This document shows positions 8,069-14,561 of a DNA stretch of 14,561 bases, piece by piece (position 1 is the first letter of the stretch; each line of letters opens with the position of its first letter). The stretch is taken from IMG/VR virus record IMGVR_UViG_2534682108_000011; one strand, 5' to 3'. The translations under genes were made by a program, and so were the position numbers. The notes beneath the pieces are model-generated. The model had not been told where the DNA came from, made no database searches, and was given only the letters and a program-made list of their open reading frames with translations. This DNA is from a virus (taxonomy: Duplodnaviria > Heunggongvirae > Uroviricota > Caudoviricetes).

Positions 8069-8479
8069 TCAGAACGGAATACCGTCACCGTAAGGGTCAT
8101 CGCCTCCCGCTGGTGGCTGATTACCCTGTGTGCCTGTGGTTTTGCGTCTGTTCCCGCCAGGAAGTGCCGCACGGGCACTGATTACGCTGTCTGCAATAAC
8201 CTGATAACCCTGCCGCGTTTCCCCATTCTGTCCGGTCCACTGGCTGACCTGCATCGTGCCGGATACGCTGGCAACGTCGCCTTTTTGATGTTTAGCCAGG
8301 AAGTCGGCCTGCTTACCAAATGCGATGACCGATAGCCATAACGTCGCCTGCCCATCCTGCGCCTGACTACATGGCAGCGATACCGCCATACGCGCCAGCG
8401 TCATCGGTGTACCCTTGCTGGTCTGTTTTACCTGCGGGTCGTCCACCAGCCGCCCGTAAGCTGCTATCTGTGCTGTCAT
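8069..8479 (-). CDS. ssb: Single-stranded DNA-binding protein (136 aa)
   Basis: OB-fold-like core, Gly/Pro/Gln-rich linker and acidic C-terminal tail ending DDPYGDGIPF (compare canonical SSB ending DDDIPF). Confidence 0.8.
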   Translation of the reverse strand: MTAQIAAYGRLVDDPQVKQTSKGTPMTLARMAVSLPCSQAQDGQATLWLSVIAFGKQADFLAKHQKGDVASVSGTMQVSQWTGQNGETRQGYQVIADSVISARAALPGGNRRKTTGTQGNQPPAGGDDPYGDGIPF

Positions 8480-8754
8480 GATTCCACCTCTCCGGTTTTA
8501 ACGTTGATGGTTGTTACCTGTTCCGCTTCGGCAATCTCCCGCTCTGTCAGCGTGGCAAAATTTGCCGCCGTCGTGGTCATGAATGCGCTTATCAGTTCGG
8601 GATGTGCTTTCGCGTATCCTTCCCCCGCGTGGCGGTCTATCGTTCTGATTGCCACCTTTAAAGCGTGCTCTGTCATGTCTAACGCGCGATATTTCGGTTC
8701 TGTTCTGTCTCTGCGTTTTTTGAGTGATTTATTAAATTTCCCTGAAGTGTGCAT
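8476..8754 (-). CDS. Hypothetical protein (92 aa)
   Basis: ORF with a GAGGGGG SD-like sequence upstream; stop overlaps the ssb start. No family recognised. Confidence 0.45.
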   Translation of the reverse strand: MHTSGKFNKSLKKRRDRTEPKYRALDMTEHALKVAIRTIDRHAGEGYAKAHPELISAFMTTTAANFATLTEREIAEAEQVTTINVKTGEVES

Positions 8755-8802
8755 ATTTATTTTTACCCCCTCGTTTAAAAAGTTTTGAGTTGTGCCTCCC
8801 CT

Positions 8803-9028
8803 TGTCTACCTTATCTACCTTAGTGGCCCTCATACCAGTAATGGCGCGGCTTTCAGCGGGGTAGAGTGCTTTTATCCACTATCTACCCCGTGTCTACCTC
8901 CCTGTCTGATTCAGGTAAAATCAGGTAGAGAGGGTAGATAGTGGGTAGACAGTAAAAAAAGGCTATCTACCTAACTTAATGCACTGAATTAAATGTATTT
9001 TTCTTTACTCAGGTAGACAGGGTAGACA
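8803..9028. repeat. Iteron cluster, putative replication origin: at least 10 copies of TCTACC / GGTAGA in both orientations, flanking an A/T-rich segment (about 8950-9010)
   Basis: Copies at 8803-8810, 8812-8819, 8859-8865, 8881-8887, 8891-8898, 8924-8930, 8933-8940, 8944-8951, 8964-8971, 9012-9019, 9021-9028. Ends 15 bp downstream of the primase stop. Confidence 0.7.
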
Positions 9029-9042
9029 GCAATTACAAAAAA

Positions 9043-10797
9043 TTATAAAAACGCGTCGCACTCGTCTGTTGTTATTGCGTTAGTCTGCGTTACTCCCTTA
9101 ACTTTCCGCGTAATATATTCATGTCCGTAAACTTTCGCGGCTGGCTTCATAGCCTTGCCAAAGTCATTTACGTTTAGCGGTTTGCTCCTGCCTGCGTACG
9201 CCATAAACGCCAGATAGACGCGGTAAAGGCTGTTTCTGGTCGTGTACTTCACTGAATCGCCACCGCCGCCCATCATCAGGCCGCGTGCTTCCTCCAGAAA
9301 ATTCAGGAACTGGCAAAACTCAATAACCGGATCCGTCTGTTGCTTTATTGCCAGAGCTTCATCACCGTCACGCTGTTCCAGTAGTAAAGCCCGTGCCTTC
9401 TCAGGGTCGGTAAAGTTCGCCAGCAATCGGCGGATAATGACAGGGATTTCAGCCGCGATCTTTTCCGGTAGCTCCCTGTCTTTTTCGGCCTCACTGACGA
9501 TATTGTCGAAACGGAAAATCACGCGACGACGTGCCACACCTCCGGCCCGTTCGGTGAATATCATCGGGTTATTGTTGGTCGCCAGCACCACCGCCCTGAT
9601 TACCGCCGTGAAACGCTTTTCGTATTTCGGGTTAATTTCCACGGGGTCACCGCCCGTGATTTTCTTGATGCCCGTTCCTTCGCCTGTATATTTCGGCTGG
9701 TCAGCCAGGACGATAAGACGACTCCCGACAACCTGCGCACGTCCACCAGCATCATCAAGCGATGTCATTTCAGCGCTTACCGTGTTCTGTTTCCCTGCCA
9801 GAAGGCTGGCTATGTGTGTGAATGTACTTTTACCGCTCCCGCCGTCTCCGGTGGCCTCAATAAACATCTGCCAGTCGTACCGGTTCGCCATAATCATGTA
9901 CAGCGCGGCACATATACGCATCATCTTGCGCGGGTCTTTTCCGGCTGCGTGCTCAAGCCATTTATGAAAGTTTGGCGCGTTATCGCGGATGTTCTCCCCT
10001 GGTGCTGGTGGCGTGTACTCAATGCCGTTGTGCGTGGTGATCCAGTTCTCCGGCGTGTGCGGGGAAAATTCCCCCGTTTTCAGGTCAAGCGCACCATTGG
10101 CGAACGGCAACAAATCGCCGGACGGCTCGCCCATTGGTTCGGCAATAACTTTTAACGCTTCCACGGCGTTATTGATTACGCGCTTGCTGAAAGTGGCCCT
10201 GTGCTCTGAATAGATCGCCACCATTTCGCGGCTAAGTTCCATTGTGCTGACCGGACACCATACCCCGCCGCGCCATACGTGAACGATTTCACTTTCAGGA
10301 TGTACGCAAACGCCATCAAAGCGATCGGCAAGCAGCTGCGCGCGCTCACTGTCCGCCATCTGCGAAAGTTGCGCCTTTTGCTTTACCGGAAGCTCAATGA
10401 CCAGACCATCAGAAAGATTCTGGCGCTCACGGGCCAGATATTCGCGCCAGTTCTCCACCTTCTGACCGTGCATACCATCAGGGTAAAAATTTGCATCCTG
10501 TACGCCTGCCGCCGCCAGCTTCTGACCAATCGCCTTTATCATTACTGGCGCAAGATATCCGGCCCTGAATATGCGCACGGATTTTCTGCCTTCCGGCACA
10601 ATTTGCAGCTTATCCAGTTCGGATAACTGCTGCTCCCCAAGCCACACAGGAGGCTCATTATCTCCGGCCATACGCGCGTCATGTTCCTGCCATTGTTTTG
10701 CGTGTGACCAGGCATCACTACCCGCAAAAATAATGACTTCTGTTTCTTTGTGTTTTATGCCGCGTGACTGCTGTTTTACGTTCGGTGCCAGTTTCAT
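9043..10797 (-). CDS. Replication initiator: DNA primase with C-terminal P-loop NTPase/helicase domain (584 aa)
   Basis: Walker A GDGGSGKST in the C-terminal half; size and layout resemble P4-alpha-family primase-helicases; origin iterons immediately downstream. Confidence 0.8.
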   Translation of the reverse strand: MKLAPNVKQQSRGIKHKETEVIIFAGSDAWSHAKQWQEHDARMAGDNEPPVWLGEQQLSELDKLQIVPEGRKSVRIFRAGYLAPVMIKAIGQKLAAAGVQDANFYPDGMHGQKVENWREYLARERQNLSDGLVIELPVKQKAQLSQMADSERAQLLADRFDGVCVHPESEIVHVWRGGVWCPVSTMELSREMVAIYSEHRATFSKRVINNAVEALKVIAEPMGEPSGDLLPFANGALDLKTGEFSPHTPENWITTHNGIEYTPPAPGENIRDNAPNFHKWLEHAAGKDPRKMMRICAALYMIMANRYDWQMFIEATGDGGSGKSTFTHIASLLAGKQNTVSAEMTSLDDAGGRAQVVGSRLIVLADQPKYTGEGTGIKKITGGDPVEINPKYEKRFTAVIRAVVLATNNNPMIFTERAGGVARRRVIFRFDNIVSEAEKDRELPEKIAAEIPVIIRRLLANFTDPEKARALLLEQRDGDEALAIKQQTDPVIEFCQFLNFLEEARGLMMGGGGDSVKYTTRNSLYRVYLAFMAYAGRSKPLNVNDFGKAMKPAAKVYGHEYITRKVKGVTQTNAITTDECDAFL

Positions 10798-11093
10798 TTT
10801 TTACCCCTGAATCCGTTAATCATGGTTTTCAGCTTCTGGATGTTTGCCCGTGCCCTGGCGTTGCTGGTGGGCACGTTATGCGGCGCGGTCTGTACCAGAG
10901 AAAAATCACGCCGGAACTGATAAACAGGCATCACGCAATCATATTCGTAACCTTCACGGCGGTAAGTTACGCACCGTCCCGCCACGCCCTTAATCATTAC
11001 CGTGCCGCCGTACTGGTCGCGGTAAATATCGCCGCGCGTAAATTTAGGGTGAGTGTTGCCACTGGCAGTTAAGCCAGAATATTTAAGTTTCAT
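10794..11093 (-). CDS. Hypothetical protein (99 aa)
   Basis: ORF whose stop overlaps the primase start by 4 nt. No family recognised. Confidence 0.5.
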   Translation of the reverse strand: MKLKYSGLTASGNTHPKFTRGDIYRDQYGGTVMIKGVAGRCVTYRREGYEYDCVMPVYQFRRDFSLVQTAPHNVPTSNARARANIQKLKTMINGFRGKK

Positions 11094-11098
11094 TATTT

Positions 11099-11332
11099 TT
11101 ATTCTCCGGTGTGCTGTTCTTTATATATATCGTGCAATAGATCTATTTCTTGCAGTTCCATTATTACAGGCTCAAGAAGCGTTATTAATGCCGTGGCAAT
11201 TCTTGATTTTTGTTTGTTGCGTTCATTGTCGCCAAGTGTTTCAAGCCATATGCGTAATATTTCCATCATGCTTTCACTGTGAGAAAGTGCAAGAAATGCG
11301 CGGTCTATTGTTTCAAGGTAAATATCACGCAT
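11099..11332 (-). CDS. Hypothetical protein (77 aa)
   Basis: ORF with ATG at 11332, a GGGGA SD-like sequence upstream and a possible coupled upstream small ORF. No family recognised. Confidence 0.45.
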   Translation of the reverse strand: MRDIYLETIDRAFLALSHSESMMEILRIWLETLGDNERNKQKSRIATALITLLEPVIMELQEIDLLHDIYKEQHTGE

Positions 11333-11547
11333 ATTAATCCCCGTCCGTCGTTTTTCTTAAAATAACCTCTGTCACGAAATCAGCATAATCGGCGACGATA
11401 TTCAGTACATCAAGCCCCGTTGATTTATATTCTCTCGTGGAAAGTAAGAAAAAAGCCGCTCTAATAAGCTCTGGCATTGACGAAAGCGCATCAGCCGCAT
11501 CATCAGGAACGCCGGAAAATTACTGTTTCAGGGAATTAAAACGATCA

Positions 11548-11787
11548 TCACGCATAACCCCCCCCATTTTCACAATCAGCAATCAGGATGGCTTTAGCCT
11601 CATTCAGCGCCATATCCGCACTAAGTTGCATAACCGCCAGCGAATGAGGAACGAAAGCCCCTGCATATTCTGTTTCACTGGTGGCGTGCTTATGCGCCAT
11701 GTCAGCAATAACAGAAATATCAATAAGCGCGTGCATCAGCGTAGTGAGCGCGGCGGCTGCTGCGTCCGGTGTGGTTTTATTGCACAT
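11548..11787 (-). CDS. Hypothetical protein (79 aa from the MCNKTTPD start)
   Basis: Strong SD AGGAGG (complement of 11794-11799) 6 nt upstream of ATG 11787..11785; the ORF track's longer start lacks an SD. Confidence 0.5.
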   Translation of the reverse strand: MCNKTTPDAAAAALTTLMHALIDISVIADMAHKHATSETEYAGAFVPHSLAVMQLSADMALNEAKAILIADCENGGGYA

Positions 11788-11977
11788 GGCACACCTCCTG
11801 ACGAATACGGGCGGCGAATACAGCAACACAACCGGACGGGCAACGGCTACGCGCTTCGCGTTCCGTCCAGGCGGTTACGTGGATTATTTGAGATTCTCCG
11901 GCACTCAGTGCCAGAAAACGCCACACAAAGGCCGTTTGTGTGTGTACAAGGTGTGGTATATGATTTACGGCAACCAT
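11777..11977 (-). CDS. Possible small leader ORF (66 aa), or an untranslated leader with hairpins
   Basis: ATG 11977..11975 preceded by AGGAG at 5-nt spacing; its stop overlaps the next gene's ATG. It also contains a hairpin (11922-11942) plus U-rich tract, so it may be a regulatory leader instead. Confidence 0.25.
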   Translation of the reverse strand: MVAVNHIPHLVHTQTAFVWRFLALSAGESQIIHVTAWTEREARSRCPSGCVAVFAARIRQEVCHVQ

Positions 11978-12064
11978 AACGGCTCCTAGTTTACGTTGTT
12001 GGTTAGACGCCCCGTATGTGTTCCCAGCACTGCGGGGCGTTGATTTTTGTGTAATGGCAAGTAC

Positions 12065-12110
12065 AATAGTAATTACCATGTAGGTATAGTAATGAAGGGT
12101 AACTACCATG
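12065..12110. promoter_or_regulatory. Divergent promoter/operator region: direct repeats GTAA(T/C)TACCATG (12069-12080, 12099-12110) and ATAGTAAT (12065-12072, 12086-12093)
   Basis: Repeats read directly; the second copy overlaps the Arc-like start codon; TATAGT -10-like hexamer at 12084-12089. Confidence 0.4.
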
Positions 12111-12281
12111 TCAACACCATTAGAAAAACGTTCGCCTCCATACCAAATGCGATTACCGGAAGACTTCAGAGCGCAGCTAGAAGAAGCAGCTAAGGCCGAT
12201 GGCGACACATCTTTAGCCACTTGGATTAAACGCGTTCTCCGCAAAGAATTACAGCAACGCGGCATAGAACCCAAAGGATAA
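12108..12281 (+). CDS. Arc/MetJ-type ribbon-helix-helix DNA-binding protein (57 aa)
   Basis: MSTPLEKRSPPYQMRLPEDFRAQLEEAAKADGDTSLATWIKRVLRKELQQRGIEPKG: beta-strand (YQMRLPED), helix, DGDTS loop, helix pattern of Arc/CopG proteins. Below the ORF-track cutoff; found by manual translation. Confidence 0.6.
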   Translation: MSTPLEKRSPPYQMRLPEDFRAQLEEAAKADGDTSLATWIKRVLRKELQQRGIEPKG

Positions 12282-12323
12282 AAACTATCAGCGCCGTGGT
12301 GTGAGGTATTACGGCGCATTGCT

Positions 12324-12512
12324 ATGCAGGACAACACAATGACCGATAAAGAATTGACCAAAACATTATCACCGGCACGGAAAAGACGGCGCAGAAAGAT
12401 AGAACATGAATCAGAAAGATTCGCGCCATGTGCTTTTGCCCTTGAGCAATTCCTTAAAGAGTACAGGGAAAAGCGCTCATTGCAGGTATGGCAACGAACT
12501 GAACCAGACTGA
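12324..12512 (+). CDS. Hypothetical small basic protein (62 aa; may start at the internal Met MTDKEL)
   Basis: ORF downstream of the RHH gene on the same strand, followed by a strong terminator; KRRRRK basic patch. No family recognised. Confidence 0.4.
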   Translation: MQDNTMTDKELTKTLSPARKRRRRKIEHESERFAPCAFALEQFLKEYREKRSLQVWQRTEPD

Positions 12513-12607
12513 TTGCATTGCCCACCAGCCTGATAGCGGCTATCATCCCCGTGCTTATGTTTGGGATCACACACACAAACGGCGCAGCGGGTTATCTGTT
12601 CAGAAAG

Positions 12608-12636
12608 GCGGCTCCATTTCGGGGCCGCTTTTTTTA
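12608..12636 (+). terminator. Rho-independent terminator of the plus-strand RHH cassette
   Basis: 8-bp stem GCGGCTCC/GGGGCCGC (one G-U pair), loop ATTTC, followed by TTTTTTT. Confidence 0.7.
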
Positions 12637-12781
12637 TGCCTGAAAAACCCCAATTTTGTGGTTTTCCAGTCTCACCAGGGCGAACGAATCCCCGCCCACG
12701 TTCTGGCGTATATTCAATCTTCATGGTTATAGCTCTGTGTTCAGATGATTGATGTGTGGCGGCTGTGTGCCGCCAGCGTGA

Positions 12782-12970
12782 TTAATGAACTGCCTTGCAG
12801 CTATCCTTCCAGGCCAGAACCTCGGATAAAGACCAGCCAACGGAACGACCGCCAAGTTTACGACGTGATGGGAATTGTCCGGCCTTTTCCAGGCGGTAGC
12901 GGCATGAGCGGCTAAGGCCTGTTAGCTTTTCGCATTCTTTTTCACGTATAAACCGATCAGTGCTTAACAC
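12782..12970 (-). CDS. alpA: AlpA-family regulator / excisionase-like protein (62 aa, GTG start)
   Basis: LTGLSRSCRYRLEKAGQFPSRRKLGGRSVGWSLSEVLAW is the AlpA/Vis/TorI winged-helix signature; SD AAGGGG 5 nt upstream of GTG at 12970. Confidence 0.85.
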   Translation of the reverse strand: MLSTDRFIREKECEKLTGLSRSCRYRLEKAGQFPSRRKLGGRSVGWSLSEVLAWKDSCKAVH

Positions 12971-13128
12971 TATTGCCCCTTTCGTTTCTTAAAGAGTTAT
13001 TTCGTGTTCTATTGCGTTGGGATGTGTCTGATTGTGTCAGGATGATTCAGAGTTGGCAAATGTTGAGGTCGTATGGTTTACAGAAACAGGAATAATCAGG
13101 ATAAAATCATTTAAATTCATGTTAATAC

Positions 13129-13162
13129 AAAGGCATAAAATATTGTTTCATGCCTTTTTTCT
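13129..13162. terminator. Hairpin with T/A tracts on both sides; candidate int terminator (bidirectional)
   Basis: Stem AAAGGCAT/ATGCCTTT (13129-13136 and 13150-13157), 13-nt loop, TTTTTT downstream on the plus strand and a U-rich tract on the minus-strand RNA. Confidence 0.4.
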
Positions 13163-13251
13163 CGCTATTTAAAGAGTGATTCGCTAGTGTATAAAAAAAC
13201 AGTAACACATTAAAAATCAGCCACTTATAAATCTGTACACTTTTTCGCCTC

Positions 13252-13297
13252 TTGTTCGTAGTTGTTCCGCATTGTTGCTCATTGTTGCACGTTGTAT
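13252..13297 (+). promoter_or_regulatory. Site C: five hexamers TTGTTC, TTGTTC, TTGTTG, TTGTTG, TTGTAT at exact 10-bp spacing (13252, 13262, 13272, 13282, 13292)
   Basis: Read directly; reverse complement of the GAACAA motif at sites A and B; between the int stop (13344) and alpA. Confidence 0.55.
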
Positions 13298-13310
13298 CTG
13301 TTCGCATATC

Positions 13311-13326
13311 CAGTATGCGCATACTG
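13311..13326. repeat. Perfect 16-bp palindrome CAGTATGCGCATACTG just downstream of the int stop
   Basis: Self-complementary by direct reading; no flanking U-tract in the right position for a terminator, so more likely a protein-binding site. Confidence 0.4.
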
Positions 13327-13343
13327 AAAAAATACGAAAAAAA

Positions 13344-14561
13344 TTATTTTCTTCTGGCTACGGGTAGCGTGGTTACGTTTTCATGTGTTCCCGCCAGTAT
13401 CCCTAACCGCTCCGTCCACATATCCAGCGCATTGCGTTTAGCATCCAGATAACGGGAATGATTATAAACTCGCTGCATTCCTGGCATCTGGTGGCCTGTA
13501 AGCTGCTCCACGACATGCGGATCAACGCCTAAATCGTTCAGCATGGTTGTAAAGGTGCGCCGGATGTCATGCAGTGACCAGTGAGGATGATTAAGCCTCC
13601 TGTGCGCTAATCTTCCATACTGCGATACGCTGGCCTCCTGTTTCACTGCCCCCAGCAATAAGCCCGTGTGCCTGTTCTGCTCCACCAGCTGCGTGACGAA
13701 CGGCAGGATCGCTTCCGGTATGGGCCGGAATATTGCGACCTTCGTTTTGCTGTGCTCCTTCGGAACGGTCCATAGCATTTCCGTAAAATCCCACTCCCCG
13801 ATCTCCGATAACCTCAGTTCTACCGTTCTGGCTCCGAAGACAATCAGGAGGCGGATTAACGCGACGTAGTAAGGGGAAAATATTTTTTTATCCAGCGCCT
13901 GCAATAACTCGCCCAGTTCTTTGGTGCTTAAGACACGTTCGCTTATATCCGGTTTTTTCCCAACGTCCGCCACGTTCAGATCGTCCAGAACGTTGCTGAT
14001 TGCATAGCGCCGCCTACGGCAGAACTTAAGCGCCTGTTTGCACGCCTGTAGCACGAATCCGGCAGTAACAGGCGTTCGCTTTGCCACCTGGTCAAAACAG
14101 GCCAGCCAGTGCCGTAGCTCGCATTTATCTAGCGGCATAGCACCAATCTGCTGTATTACGTGATTATTAAGTCGCCTTTTCAGGGCGATATAATCCACGC
14201 GGTTTTCCTTTACGTAATACTCAAGCCAGTAGGTGAGCGCATCGCCAACCGTTACGGGCTTTAACGCTTCCTGTACGGTGTAATTCATCTCATGACGTGG
14301 ATTTTTCCCCTCAGCCAGCCATGCGCGGCACTGGGCGGCTTTTTCCCTGGCTGCTTTCAGACTCAGATCAGGATAATTTCCCAGCTTAATACGTTCCGGT
14401 CGTGTCTCTCTTCCCGTTCCTGCCCTGTAAGTGAAATACCAGGTTAATTTCCCTGATGTTAAATATTTCACGCTCAGATTTCCGCCATCGCTATAAAACG
14501 TGTTTTTCTCCGCTGGCTTACCATGAAGTTTCCTTAGCAATGTGTCGCTCAGTTTGTTCAT
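13344..14561 (-). CDS. int: Tyrosine site-specific integrase, P4-like (405 aa), start codon at the window edge
   Basis: N-terminal arm-binding-type domain (KLSDTLLRKLHGKPAEKNTFYSDGGNLSVKYLTSGKLTWYFTYR), C-terminal catalytic region with HDIRRTFTT and conserved His/Tyr context. Confidence 0.9.
   Translation of the reverse strand: MNKLSDTLLRKLHGKPAEKNTFYSDGGNLSVKYLTSGKLTWYFTYRAGTGRETRPERIKLGNYPDLSLKAAREKAAQCRAWLAEGKNPRHEMNYTVQEALKPVTVGDALTYWLEYYVKENRVDYIALKRRLNNHVIQQIGAMPLDKCELRHWLACFDQVAKRTPVTAGFVLQACKQALKFCRRRRYAISNVLDDLNVADVGKKPDISERVLSTKELGELLQALDKKIFSPYYVALIRLLIVFGARTVELRLSEIGEWDFTEMLWTVPKEHSKTKVAIFRPIPEAILPFVTQLVEQNRHTGLLLGAVKQEASVSQYGRLAHRRLNHPHWSLHDIRRTFTTMLNDLGVDPHVVEQLTGHQMPGMQRVYNHSRYLDAKRNALDMWTERLGILAGTHENVTTLPVARRK

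Larger units (their letters stand above)
140..14561 (-). mobile_element. Integrated phage-satellite-like island (capsid-forming PICI-like); left junction near 136-165, right end beyond the window
   Basis: Co-linear minus-strand modules: int, alpA, primase-helicase with iterons, SSB, HK97-type capsid/protease/portal/adaptor/connector, HNH/TerS/TerL. No tail or lysis genes recognised. Abuts a truncated host gene at the left. Confidence 0.75.

Noticed and set aside
7948-8335. Plus-strand ORFs 7948-8181 and 8042-8335
   Set aside because: Antisense to the PerC-like and SSB genes; His/Arg/Cys-rich translations.
8803-9028. Possible CRISPR array, because of many short repeats
   Set aside because: Repeat units are only 6-8 bp, occur in both orientations at irregular spacing, and have no spacer structure or cas genes. 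This is an iteron origin.
9242-10155. Plus-strand ORFs of 241 aa and 113 aa inside the primase-helicase gene
   Set aside because: Antisense shadow ORFs of a well-supported 584-aa gene; Ser/Arg/Pro-rich composition.
11437-11989. Plus-strand ORFs of 180 aa (11437-11979) and 102 aa (11681-11989)
   Set aside because: Antisense to the SD-supported minus-strand ORF and to the leader region; low-complexity, Arg/Cys-rich translations; no start context.
11777-12724. 315-aa minus-strand ORF spanning the RHH cassette region
   Set aside because: The translation is Cys/Ser/Arg-rich and unprotein-like. It runs antisense through a convincing RHH gene, a second plus-strand ORF and a strong plus-strand terminator. 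Only its last 66 codons (11777-11977) have an SD and are kept as a low-confidence feature.
13591-13869. Small ORFs inside int (13591-13794 minus, 13666-13869 plus, 13252-13452 plus)
   Set aside because: Alternative-frame or antisense ORFs within or overlapping the integrase gene.

Overview
Almost the whole window (about 140 to 14561, continuing past the right edge) is one integrated mobile element, nearly all encoded on the minus strand, with the architecture of a phage satellite of the capsid-forming PICI type. From right to left it carries a P4-like tyrosine integrase and AlpA, a divergent Arc-like RHH regulator cassette, a primase-helicase followed by an iteron-rich origin, an SSB and a PerC-like regulator, then a complete HK97-type head and packaging set (major capsid, prohead protease, portal, head-tail adaptor, connector, HNH, TerS, TerL). 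I could not recognise any tail, lysis or cI-type repressor genes. The first ~140 bp look like the 5' end of a host AI-2E/TqsA-like transporter gene that runs into island DNA and stops after 54 codons. The most striking non-coding signal is a GAACAA hexamer repeated at exact 10-bp phasing at three intergenic sites. There is also a 27-bp-phased array of TACCC/GGGTA inverted repeats in a ~700 bp non-coding stretch at the left end. All calls come from reading the sequence and ORF translations and from recall of protein families; no database search was run.
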